This document shows, piece after piece, positions 37,150 through 50,582 of a stretch of 64,000 nucleotides of DNA. Position numbers and translations under genes: made by a program. The stretch is from Geosiphon pyriformis uo1 (Eukaryota; Fungi; Glomeromycota). Position 1 is the stretch's first letter. Each line of letters starts with the position of its first letter. The notes under the pieces are model-generated. The model was not told the origin of the DNA. It ran no database searches and saw nothing but the letters and a program-made list of their open reading frames with translations. The stretch is taken from NCBI GenBank assembly GCA_016748015.1, contig JAAOMT010000479.1, positions 709,824 through 773,823 on the forward strand, read 5' to 3'.

Positions 37150-38600
37150 GATCAAATTTTGCATATTATTCATAACAGACGTTTTTTCATATCTAAATCA
37201 TTGAGATATCTAGACTATTTCAAAATCGACTCATATCCTCTTGGACTACTGATTCATAATATTTACAGCAATTGAAACAGATTCAGTTTCATCCCAATCA
37301 CCATAACAAATTTGACATTACAAGATTTCTTGTTTACTTACAGCCTAAAAATATGCACCTACCTTATCTTTATCCTTTCGAAATGAACGAGCTGACTTAG
37401 TTTGACAAACATATCATGCAACATCTTCTCTAGCTTAAGAAAATCAGCCTCCGAGCTTAATTCCACTAACATATGATCGGATACCATCTGAACGAGACCC
37501 ATTCCTTGCACGCTGACCTTCTTCCGGTTTTTTCTTGTTGTCAATGCCACCGCCACCAATTTTTTTCTGTATAAAAGCAAAAAAAAAAGTTGAATGTCAA
37601 AATATATACACACAGGATCAACAGAACTATTACAGGAGACACAGTGACCACACATTGATATCATACCAATTTTCGAGATGATTTTTTCAAAATCCTCAAG
37701 ACTGTCAGTGGTAAACAAGTATATACCTATTATCAAGGCTTCACACCATATTTATTAATACTAACAGCTTCCGCATGATGAGATCAACCCACTACATATC
37801 ATAATGAAATTCGCGGTCATACCATTCATCATTTTTTTGAACGATATTGTTTTGAGGACCTCAAGTTTTGTATCGATCAGATAAAGAGAAAAAAATGGTG
37901 GAATATAGTTAAAACTTACATTGGCAAATCGCATCATAAACATAACAAAACTCTCGTGACCCGAGAGAGTTTTTCACCCCAGTCCACCTTGCTGAACATC
38001 GTCATCGTCAAGGTCAATTATCCATGAACGTAGAAGCGACTCCTCTTGCAATTGCTTGCAATTTTTTAATAGAATATCCTCGGTACATTTTCTGCTTGTT
38101 GAGATCCATTTTTTATGTTTGTTCATGTGCTGATAAGATTCAATAAAACACTGCCATGGCACTATATCTGGATCAGCACTTTGACCAATGTCATCCTTCC
38201 ACTCCCCTTCTCTGTTATCTGAATTGTCATTACCATCCTACATTAAAACAGAATGTTTTACATTAAATAATGAAATAGAGTCAAAGAACTTCATTCTGAA
38301 TATTCCACTATTACAGATCTTATTCTGTTCATTTTTTTTAAAGGCCTTGTGCATTTAATTGACTTACTCATGCCCGTTACATCTTTTCTTGTTATTGATA
38401 TTGCTTGCACCTTTATTCTTATCCACAAGAAATGGGTTTCAGTTGGACTTGTGTGTGAATGATATTACAGTGAAATTAGATAGTTGCTTTCTAATTTCTT
38501 AGATTTAACCCTTTTTATTATACCAGTATGCTATTAAAATTCTTCAACATTTTTGATGACAGTTCCGAATGTTTTAGTAGATTTGCGCCTAATAAAATAA
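37150..38600 (-). pseudogene. Disrupted gene of an AM-fungal expanded family, probably with a PD-(D/E)xK nuclease (Crinkler-type) C-terminus
   Basis: KWISTSRKCTEDIL...LLRSWIIDLDD and VELS...DFLKLEKMLHDM resemble, from memory, motifs of this family. Several frameshifts and stops; boundaries approximate. Confidence 0.45.
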
Positions 38601-39269
38601 GCAGCATCTATCTGTAATTATAGATTTTAGCTAATATAAACAAAATTTAATTGGATAGGTATTTTGCAATTTAATTTTGCTTTAAAACACATTAATATCT
38701 TTAATAACTTTGTTTTTATATAAAATAATATAAATATGTAACAAAAAATATAATTAAATATGTAACAAGAAATATAATTAAAGATTATACAAAAAATATA
38801 AAAATATTACTATAGTTGTGTAGTTTTTGTTTTTTTACAAAATAAATTATTAAAATTTAATATATAACAACAATAGATTATTAAAAAATTAAAATTAATA
38901 TAAATTGTAATACAATATTTTTTATTTAATAAAATAACTTTTTAGTAATTTTTTAAAATAGTAATAATATTATAATTATATTATTAATTAATAAATTTTT
39001 TAAATCTAATTTATTTAAGAAATTGTTAAATTGATTTATTCTTAATATATAATATTATTTACATTATAATTTTATATTTAACTATATATAAGAACATATT
39101 AACGAGTTTATAATTAAAGAGCTATAAAATAAACAAGTTTTCTTTTGATTTTACAAATAATTATATCTTTTTATAAAATTACATATAATATTATCATTTT
39201 TAAAAATATTATATAGCTCTTATAAATAATAATATAAAGTCTTAATATATATTTTTAAGAATATATAAT

Positions 39270-40475
39270 TATAAAACAATGTTTTGTTGCTTATAGTATT
39301 CATATTATTTTTAAATATAATTAGAAAAATAAATCTAATGTTTTTAAAAAACTTTTATTAAAAAATTGACAATAAAAAACAATAACTTGATTAATAAACT
39401 ACTTTTTTATTGTATATAAATAATTATTTAAAGCTAATAAATACTAATATTTAACAGTTTACAATACTAAATATAATTATAAACTATTTGATAATATTGC
39501 TGGATATTTTACTGTTTGACAATTTAAATCTAAACAAAAAGTATTAGTTTTATAAATATTAAGTATAAACATTATACCAAAGACAATTTTAAGAGCATTA
39601 TAACAAAAAAAATCTTAAATAATATGCAATTTCAAAGACTATTTATAATAAACAGATGCATTATTAAAAAATAAAGCTTGCTAATTATTTATCTATATTA
39701 GTATTATTGAAAAAACTTAAAAAAACCAATTATTAATATAATTATATTTGTAATATTGCTAATAAAGTTATATATTTGTTTTATGTATATTTTAAATATA
39801 TTGTTTTTGTTTAAAGATATTTATATATTATTTTAATAAATTGTATATATAAAACAAATTGATTTTAAATATTTATGCTTTATATTATTGATATAAATAA
39901 TTTCAATACATTCTTTATAATTGTTATTGCTTTTATTTATAAAAAAACACAAACATATTATTAATAAGCTTTAAAATAAATTGTAAAGTTTTATATATAT
40001 ATTAAGTCAATTACTATTATTATAAATTAAAAATATGTATTAATATATGTATTTTTTTATATTTTTTTTATATTTACATATTTACTTTATGATTAATATA
40101 TTTAAAAAAATGTATTTATCAATTATAAAAAGTATTTTACAAATAAAAATAATTAAAACAATTTTTATTTAAAATAAATTAATATTATTTAATTTGTATT
40201 ATCAGAAGTATTTAATATTAAATAGAATATATTTAATTATAAGTATTTAGCAATTTCAGTTTTAACAAATTATTTATTAACAACTTAGATTCTATACAAA
40301 AAAAATTTGTTGCTATTTGAACTAATAAGAATATATATTTTGGTCATATTAATTTATTATAGATAAAAGATTAATATGCTTAAATAAAAAGCTATCTTAA
40401 AGTTTCAACAAAAAATTTAATTATAAATATTATATGCCTTAGAAAATATGATTAAAATAATTGAAACACAATAAA
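39270..40475 (+). mobile_element. Mutator-like (MULE/FAR1) transposase relic, nearly G/C-free
   Basis: Manual translation: ISKTIYN; ILINCIYKTN*F (<DCTYKTNRF); IAFI...Y**AL (<WAL); KFVAI*TNKNIYFG (<W..HFG); IKSYLKVST. Confidence 0.72.
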
Positions 40476-43400
40476 GTATTAAGTGTATTCGAATTTGTTA
40501 TGATTATAACATCTTTTTTTTTCAAAATATTGTATGATAAATCTTAATTTTTGTTTTAAAAACAGTCTATAGACAGTATTTTCTTTCATAAAAATTATTA
40601 AATAATAATATGACATTTTGCTCTGGTGTTTTTTCAATAATAATAGATTTTTTATGTAAATTTCAAATTCGAAATATACTTATTATTAGAAAATTTTTTT
40701 CTATGAATCAGTTTTATTTTATTTGGCATCTAGTAAATACAAATTGTTTTTTTACAATAATTAAGCCTGAAGTTAATATTCCAATAATTATTCTAAGTTT
40801 GGATCTATTGCTTGAAAAAATAAATTAATATATATTAACTTTTGGCTTTATATTAACAAAAAACAATGTGTACTCAATTAATTCAGATTTCAATCATGTT
40901 TTTTGTAATTAAGAATTTTTTTAATTAATAAACTTGAAAACATTCTTTAGGTGCTTTAAATTGCTTTTAATAAAATATTGCTTATTAAAAATTATATATT
41001 TAATGAAATTTATCCTAATTTAAAATTGTTAAAAATGTTTTTTCTTAAATTTAAGTATATAAATATAAAATTTGTAAGAAACAAGATCATATTATTCGGA
41101 TCTGTTTACAATAAAATGTTTTTTAATTATTGAATACTATAAATTACTTAAAACATAATAAAAAGTTAAATATATAATTTATATTTAATTTTATATAAGA
41201 AAAAGTTATTTTTTATTTTAATTAAACTAATATTTATAACGTAAATAATATTACGTGTTGAGAATAGATCGATTTAACAAAAAGGGTGGATCAATTTAGC
41301 AATTTTATTTATTTATTTTTAATATTATTTATTTTTATCAAATATAAATTTAATTTATAAATTTTAATCAATTTTTTTTTGTTTTTTATGCCATATATTA
41401 ATTAAAATTAACAAATTTTTTAAATATTTGTAAAATTAAAAATAATATAACAATTAATTACAAGTTTTTTTATTTTTTTAATAAAGTAAAATTCTTTTAT
41501 TATTTATATAACCCAACTATTTTATATTGTTAAAAAAAACTAAAAAGCATTTAAATATATTTATTTTATAAATAAAAAAAATTTACTTATTTAAAAAAAA
41601 ACTTTATTATATTAAATTTAATATTAAGATTTTGAACTTTTTAAATAAATAATGTAAAATATATTATATTTTAGTTTGTTTATAGTTTTTACAAATTTTT
41701 TGAATTATTTTTAATTTGTAATTTTATAACAAAAAATTAAACATATATTTTTTAGTAGATTTGCTTTTGAAAAAAATATAGTATAAATTATTAATTTTAT
41801 TAATTAAGTTAATTTAATTAAATAAACTTTTAAAAACCAATTTTAATTTAAAGCTATTATTTAAAATCATAAAATAAAATAAAATACAATAATTTATAAT
41901 TTAAATATAAAAAAAATAAAATTAACAAAACAGTTTTTAACTAAAAATTGATTTAAAACCAAATTTTACAAGCAAAAACCAAATTTTTCAAATTTTATAT
42001 TTTTAATGTTAATATTTAGAATTTTTTTAAAATATTAGTTTTAATAATAATTAAAACAAAATATTTTAAAATTTAAAAATAATAATAACAGTTCAATTTA
42101 TGTTATCTTTTCGCATGTACAAAATTTTAATAATATTTAAACTTAAATAATTAAAAAATAAAATATATTTAATTATAAATTTGAATAATTATATATTAAT
42201 TTTAAAAATTATATAAACAAAAAAAATTAATCAGTTTACTTTTAAAAATATTAAATAAAATAATTATTTTAATTAATTAATATACAAATACCATTTTTAT
42301 TATTAAAATTAACCAAAAAACAAAAACAGTTTTAAAATTAAAAACTTATTAAATATTTCAAAAACATTTTTAATATAATTTATAAAATTATTATAAAAAG
42401 CAACAACAAAAAAACCAAATTTTACAACAGATCTTACAATAAAAAAAATATTTAAAAAAATTAATAAGAAATTAAACTTAGTAATAATATTTAAAAAAAT
42501 TTAAAATATAAGTTTTATATAAAAATATTTAATATTGTTCTTAATAATTAACTTAATATTAATAAAATCATGTAAAAATTAAAACACAGTTTTAATATAA
42601 GTTAATTTAATTTTAATAAAACAATAAATATTAAAGTAAAAGTTATTTATTTAAAAAATTTTAATAATTAATAAATATTAATAATTATACTACTTATTTA
42701 TTTAATAGTTTTATTTACAATTAACTTAATATTATGTAATTAAATTTAATATTAATAAAATTATATATAAATTAAAATACAGATTTAATAAATCAATTTA
42801 ATTTTAAAAATAATATTAAACATTAAAATAAAAGCTATTTATTTAATAATTTTTTAATAATTTTTTAATAATTAATAATTGTTTTTTAAGTATTATTAAA
42901 GACATTAAAAAACAAAAAAAAGATAATTTAGCTTTTATTTAAATAATCAAATAAGCTAATTAGTTAAAAATATATACAAAAATGTATTTTGTTTTGCTTT
43001 TAAAACCAGCAATAATTAGCTAAAAATTAATGTAATAAACAATAAAACCAGAAGTTAATTTAAACTAAAATTTGGTTAATGTGTTTTAATTATTATTGTT
43101 TTAAATAAGAAATTTTTTTTATTTATAATTTGAATATTATAATTAATATTAGTAATATAAAATTAACAAAAAAATAAAAAAAATAAAGTTTTATTTTTTA
43201 TAAAAAAAGAAATTAATTTTAAGACATTAAAACTATTGAGAATATTAAAAAAAATTTTTTTAATATTTTACAAAAATTATTATTAAACATAATAAATATT
43301 AAAAAAAATTGTTTTTTGGCTGTTTTAATTTTTTTTGGCTATTTAAATAACAATAAAAAAAGAAATAAAAAAAAGATAAATTGGTTATTGGTTTTTTATC

Positions 43401-45935
43401 AAATATTTTAAGACTTTTAAAAAGACAAAACCATACCAAAATTATTTCAGATAAATTTTTCTAACAGAACTTTAAAAAAAAAAAGCTTTTAACTAAAAAT
43501 AAAAAAAATATTTTTAAATTAGCAAAAAACTGATAAATTATTAATTTATTTATTTTATATAATTCAAAAATAAATAATAGTTGAATTTTACTTAAAAAAT
43601 TTTAATTATTAAAAAAAAAAAAGTTTTTTTTTTATATTTTTAAACAAAATAATTTAAATTTTTTTGCCTAAAAAATTTTTTTAACACCAAAAACAGATTT
43701 AAAATAACAATAATAATAAAATTTTAAAAGACAAAAACAAAAAATATAAAAATAGATATATATTTTGTTGTTAAGAAAAAGCTTAAAAAAATTTAATTTT
43801 TTAAAAAAATATTCAGTTTTATTAAAAATTTTGACCAAAAATAACTGTATTATTATAAGTACCAATACAAATTCTGTATACTGTTACTAAAAAGTTAATT
43901 AATTAATTAAAATTTTTTCTAATATTAAAAGTGTTTATTTGTTTTTAATTTTTAAATATTGTTAGTTGTAAAATTTGTTGTTACTTTTTGCTATCAAATA
44001 TATTATTTTTTTGAATAGTATTTAGCTATAAAACATTTTAGATTTTAATTTAAAAACCAATTTTGTAAAAAATTACAACAAGTTTAAAATTTTAATAATT
44101 ATAATTTATTGAAAAGTTTAAAGTAAAATTGTTTTCAAGTTATTTAATTCAAGTTTCTTAAAATTTTAACTACAATAATAATAATATGTTTAAGCTTTAA
44201 AAATCCAAAAAAATTAATTTTAGAGTTATTAGTTTACAATATAATATAATAATTTTCAGAAAATATTTTTTGTTTTTATTAATTATGATTTGGCCAAGAA
44301 ATATTTTTCTTAATAAATTGTATTTATTTTGAATGTTAAAAATTTTAAATTATTGATTATTTTAAGTTTTAAGACTATTAGTCTTATAAATATTTTATCA
44401 AAATTTTTAAAATAAATGGGAATTTTGGCAAATTAATAAATATTTTGGAAAACTTATTATTATTATATAGTTTAAAATAATACATAATTAAATAATTAAT
44501 GTAAAATATAAAATATAAATTAAGAATAAAAATTAAGAATAATTATGCTAATTTTGTATTTTCTCAAAATTAAGCTTTATTAAATTTTAATCACTGTTTG
44601 TAATTATTATATATAGTTTTAAAATTCCAATTTGTAAAATTTTTTAATATTTTAGATTTTTAGTTAAAATTTTGAATTTTGTAATAAACATTTGTTAATT
44701 TAGTTATTGATTTTTAATAATTCTTAAAATAAAGTTTAATAGTAATAATAATAATAGCAATTTTTTAATTAAGTAATGTTTTAATTGTTGTAAAAATTAA
44801 TTATTAATTATTTTATTTTATTGTATACCCGGTGTAATCCAACCACCACTATTTTCGTACAACGCAATTATCGTACATTAGATGTGAATCGCGTGATTTT
44901 TTGTTATTTATCTAAAATATTTTATTTTTATTTCAATTTATAATAGATTTTTAAAATTATTTACGTGAATAAAAATCTATAAAAAAATATATTGACGTAA
45001 TAGAAATAATTTTAAAATTTTATTAATTTATAAAAATATAATTATTTTAAGATATTAATATGATAATAAAGTTTTATTTTGTTTTTGAATTAAGTTGTTA
45101 ATTGAATTATTCAAATACTATAGCTAATAATTTATTTTATATTTTTAAACGAATTAAATTTGAGAAATTTAAAATAAAATTTAAATTAATTTAAATTAAT
45201 TAAATCAATTTATGCACATTAAATTACTTTATTGATTATGTGTGATATGTTTTTTCAAACACTTTTTTAAAAAATCATATGAATAATAATACACCAGGTT
45301 TTTTAAAATAAATTTTTAAAATATTTTTAATAAATTCCAGATTATTTACTAATTGGTTGTTTTGAGATAATATTTTTCTGTAAAGTCCCGAAAATAAGTA
45401 ACCCTCTGCGTCATCAATTTTAGACCGAATTTGAGGCGGGTTGTTTATGCTCGGGATTTAAAAATTTCGACTGAGAAATCAAATATAATTTTATAAAATG
45501 GTAGTGTAGTGTAATGCTCAAATCGTTAATTTTATTATTCTTAATTCTTAGTTTTAATATATACATTCACTGTAGATTTAACATATTGAAATGGTAAATT
45601 AGTCTAACGTATTTGATAAGAAAGTTTACGGTTGAAGCATTTTAAAGTTAGTTCAGAGAGATACTGAGAGCTAATAAATACAAAGAAATGAAAAGGCCCC
45701 GTTAATAAAACTTTTCTGTTTTAGTGTTAAATAAACTACTATAATAATAATAATTATTATTATTATTATTTTTATTATTTTTATTATTATTATGAAATTA
45801 TAACTTCAAAAATATTTTATTTAAAAAATAAGCCTTTTTAATATTAAGAAAATCTGAAATAAATTAGATAATACCGGCATTTTTTTATGCTTTTACAAAA
45901 GTTTACTATTGTTGTTATTGTTCTACAAATAAATT

Positions 45936-48322
45936 GAATAACTCGTTTAGGCAACAAAGACAAAGAGACAATTGGGAAACTCCTTCTTTGTGCATTATAG
46001 CTACTTCAAATTTGTTCAATAGTTAAACGTATTTAGTATGATTTGTAGCGAATCACAGTCTGATGAATAAGGTTAATAAATTGATTTGTTAAACTATGCG
46101 AACATAGAGAAACAACTTAAATAATAACTCGCCTTTAGATAAATTACTTTCTAGAGGTACTATTAAATAAAGCTTTAAAGAAACCCTCAAGAATAATAAC
46201 CTATTGACTTTTTATCCGCACTTATTCTTTATTCACATCATGGAAAATAAAGAAATTAAAAGAACTAGTACGGAATACTAAAAAAGATGCCATTATCTCC
46301 AAATCAAAAACGAAAATTTAAATATCAATCAAGAAAATCTAATAGAAAATTCAATATGAAAAAACCTCACAATGTTCTGAATAAAAAAATATTGAGGAAT
46401 AATAAAGAAAAAGATAACAAAAAACAAAAAAAAAACATGATGAGAAAAGAAATGATGAAAAAGAATATTAGAAAAATGATAAAAAGATTATTGGGAGAAT
46501 GATAAAAAAAAATTGAAGCAATAATGAGAAAAAATCATGGAAAAGTAATGAAAAAAGAGATTGGGACAATGATAATAATAGTGATTGAAATGATAAAATT
46601 AATTTAGAAAAAGAGATTAAAATTCAAGTAAAATTAATTGCAACCAAATTGGATTTTATAGAAAAAAAAATTGTGGTAAACTTGCAAAATATGCAGTTAA
46701 AAAATACAAGTCCCATAGAATAATATTTTAGAAGAATTAAATAAATATATAATTTTATTTTAATTAATAAAATCATTTTTCAAATTTCGGACTGATTATC
46801 AAAACTTGATAACTTCAAGTACCTTGTAATATAGTAAAAAATATAAAGGAAAATTCAATATAATTTATAAAAAAAGTATAAAATATCATGGTGAAATGAA
46901 ATATAAAAAGACAGAAAAGTAGCAATAAAAATTATTTTAACAAACAGTTCAAAAGTGTTTAAAAAAGTAAATAAATTCTTGTTATTATTATTTTTATTAT
47001 TTAATTCACATTTATCTATTAGTTAAAGATTCAAAGGATTATGTTTAATAACAGTTATTTAAAGTGTATCTCTTCAATATAAAAGATAATACAAAATGCT
47101 AAAACACTTGAATATAAAATTATGATGAAATTTGCCAAACATAAAGACATGTAAAAATATTTATCAACAAATTTTTTTTCTATAAATTAAAAATATAAAT
47201 TAATATTCATGTCTCATATAATTAGTAAACTTTTACAAATTTATTCTTCTGTTATGATTTATTATAACCTATACTTAAACAATATTCAACAATTAAGTAT
47301 TAGTGTTATAAATATTGGAAATCTCAAATTATAAACCATAAAACAAAAACAACAACAGAAAAAGCAACAAAGAAAAAAAGAAAAAAAGAAATTTTTAAAG
47401 TGATTATATATATTTTACCAGAAGTTTTAAGAGAAAAAAAGTTTACTTCAACTGGTAATATTATAGTTTTTTTATGTTATTATAAAAATTTACAACAAAA
47501 AAGCCTCTTTTTTATAATTGTTTTCATTATAATACTCTCATATTTAAAATTATTTTTAAGAGTATTAGACCTGAAATTATTTCTCTACTTATTTCATCTT
47601 TAATTATCAAAATAATTATAAAGTATTGTAATGTTAATTTATTAAGTCGCCCTAATGTCAAAGAAATTAAACAGAAGTTAATGGGACTTTGGAAGATTCA
47701 AAAATGATATTTGTCCAAAAAGTTTACAAATGAAAAGATAAAACTGTGTATCTCGAGTTTTTAAAATTTGATAAATATGTAAAAATAATGGTAAAAAATG
47801 ATGTAACAACAAATTACTTGACAATAACAATGGTAACAACAACAATAATTTATTTAAGAGCATTATATAGAAGTTATTCTTTAATTATACAGATGGTTGA
47901 TTTTTTTAAAAGTTTATTGATTGATCTAAATGAATATACAGCATATTAAAATTTTACATTAATTTAATTTACTTTTAAAAGAATTAATCTATTTACGAGA
48001 AGATAAAAAGTAAAATATAATTACGGTATGTACAATTGATTAATAATACTTATTTTATTTTATTATCTATGATCAAACATTAAATTTTTTAACTCGATAA
48101 TTAAGATTAATATTCCTAGTTTCATAAGTAATAAAAAATAATATTGTTTATAAGTTTAATGTTTTATTCTTTGCTAGTTAAGTTAATCCAATATTGTAAA
48201 TTAACACTTAATATCCAAGTATAGGTCGCGATAATTATTAAACAGATTTAACTGTGAATAGCTTTAGTATATAAAGACATCAAACAAATTTCCTATTGTT
48301 TTTTTGCCTAAATAAATAGTTC
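45936..48322. mobile_element. Degenerate TIR DNA transposon relic (family unassigned) with a decayed internal + strand ORF from 46287
   Basis: ~100-bp imperfect inverted termini. Left end: TTTAGGCAA...ACAATTGGGAAA...CTTTGTGCATTATAGCTA...AAATTTGTTCAATAGTTA; its reverse complement lies at ~48232-48322. Confidence 0.5.
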
Positions 48323-48772
48323 TGGAATCCATTAATAAGAGCATAATTACTGCTCCTGCTTCTTAAATGCATTAAGCTAAGACAAAATTCATTTTTTTAA
48401 ACCAATTTTATGAAGTAGTTGATGAAATAATTAAAAACTAATGTTTTTATGTGATTAAGTTTTATTTTGTTATTTTTATTGAAATCTATTTTTTAAGGTG
48501 TAAATCAAAATTTTATATATATATTCAACATAAATAATACTTGTATTAGCAATTAATAATTTTAATTTTCTTAATTTGATTTGTCTACTATATAAAAATT
48601 GTTATTTTTTAATATACTTTTTACAAATATGAGTTTTTAAGAATAAAATTATTAAAAATAAACCATAAATATTAGAAGTTTTTGTCATAATATTTAATAT
48701 TTATTCTTTTTATTTTTGTATAAAAATATAATTGATTAGATTAAGCAAAAAAACATTTATCAGTTTTATCAA

Positions 48773-48869
<97 letters not shown>
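48773..48869. repeat. (AAT)n microsatellite
   Basis: Direct inspection. Confidence 0.95.
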
Positions 48870-48871
<2 letters not shown>

Positions 48872-49439
48872 ATTAAATTTTAAAATTTGTTAAATAAAAA
48901 AAAATTTAGTTTTGAATTTTTTGAATAAACAATAATTCAATTGGGAATTCATGTGTGCAAATAATATTTTGCCATTTTGTAAGATAATTTATTGCAATTG
49001 GTATACAACAAAATTTAACATATTGTTTAATGTTTCTTTGCATTTGAGATCAAAAATAGTGTTATAAAGTTCTTTAGATAGTATTGTTCTGCCAAAATGC
49101 CCTGATAAAAAATCTGAATGCATGTTATAGAGAATTTTTTTTGGGTTATTAAATTACTCAAACAATTTAAATAAAGAATGAATTCAAAAAAGCTGAATAT
49201 TCAAATTTTTAAATCAATGGACTCAAGATAATTAGGATTCTCAACTTTGTGCCAAAACAACTAAGCTCAAATAATAATTGAGGATAAAATTAATGTTATA
49301 ATGCCAAAACATTTTATTCGGTATCTTATGCTTTTAAGGTTTCAGCTTTTTATTTTAAAGGCAAAAGCTATTATACTTCTAGAGTGAGGATGAGTATTCA
49401 GTGTCAAAATTCAGTAACTCCCTAAGCTTTTCTCAAATG

Positions 49440-50120
49440 TAGAATAAAATCACAAAAAGTTTGAACAATTGAGCACAATGGCGGTAATGTTCGTTTCAAA
49501 AAATTCTTCTTTGCCTCTAAAAAAATTGCCATTCAACTAGATACAGAGGAGGAGACATCTCATATCGCACAATTGGCAGATATTTAAAATCACTTGGATA
49601 TATAAAAAATTTACAAACTACTACGTCAATGCTGACGAAATTTCAAAAGCAGAATGGTCCAAAGTTCATCTTAATAATAGCTGGAAAAAACCTCATTTTC
49701 TGACGAAACAGCATTTCAACTGTTCCAAAACACAATTAAACATTAGTACAAGGGAAAATGGCCAGTTCGTCTAAGATTAAAAGATTGGACAAAAATATTT
49801 GCATGGGGAGTTTTTGTATGAAAGGAAAAACTCACTTTTTTGTTTTCGGCGTATCATGAATGCAATAGCATGTTGGAAAAATTAATGAGATACTTAACAA
49901 TTGCGAGCATACAATTCAAGTGGCTGAAACGTTTCTTGTGAAAAATGTAAATGAAGTTATTGACTGGCCGTCGTTTAGTTCGGATCTAAATCCTATTTAA
50001 AATCTATGGGTTATCGTTAAATATGAAGTTAAAAAAACGAATGCCCCAAAATATGGATGATTTGGAACGATATATGTTTATCAATGAGCATTCCTTATAT
50101 CCGTTATTCACAAATTGATT
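49440..50120 (+). mobile_element. Tc1/mariner (IS630-Tc1) transposase pseudogene, internally deleted
   Basis: FSDETAFQLFQNT, KIFAWG and IDWPSFSSDLNPI*NLW (WPxxSPDLNPIENLW signature). The second catalytic Asp region is missing. Confidence 0.85.
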
Positions 50121-50388
50121 ATCTACTCTACATCTGAATTTGAAAGATTGTGATTTTTTGAAATTTTCTTTATAAATCAATATTTATACTACGAATTTTA
50201 ATTATTTATGAAATTGAAAAATTAGTTTACAAGTGAAAAGGTATATTAAATTGATACGAAATTTTTATGCAAGTTTTCCCAAACATCGTGCATTTAAAAG
50301 TAAACTAAGCCAAGTATCTAATATCAATTTTTGAGGCTTAACCACAACGCCTCTTTTCTGCTATTCAGGCTTAGAGATTATGAATCAC

Positions 50389-50467
50389 AACCATGTATGG
50401 GTTTAGAGTTTTCTGCGACTACCCAAACATGTATGGGTTTTGAGTTTCTGCGACTCTACACAACCAT
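50389..50467 (+). repeat. Two-copy ~38-bp direct repeat upstream of the 50583 gene
   Basis: CATGTATGGGTTT(A/T)GAGTTT(T)CTGCGACT occurs twice. Confidence 0.8.
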
Positions 50468-50582
50468 TGATAAAGGGTTCAGTTTTAAAATCATCTTTTT
50501 CAATTATAATCAGAATTCACGGCATTTTTGGTTTCTGAAATTGCAAATAATTTATTTCCGATAAGCTCGAAATTTTTTTAGA

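Noticed and set aside
40480-41120. Possible eroded minus-strand coding relic
   Set aside because: Looks codon-like but no motif could be assigned.
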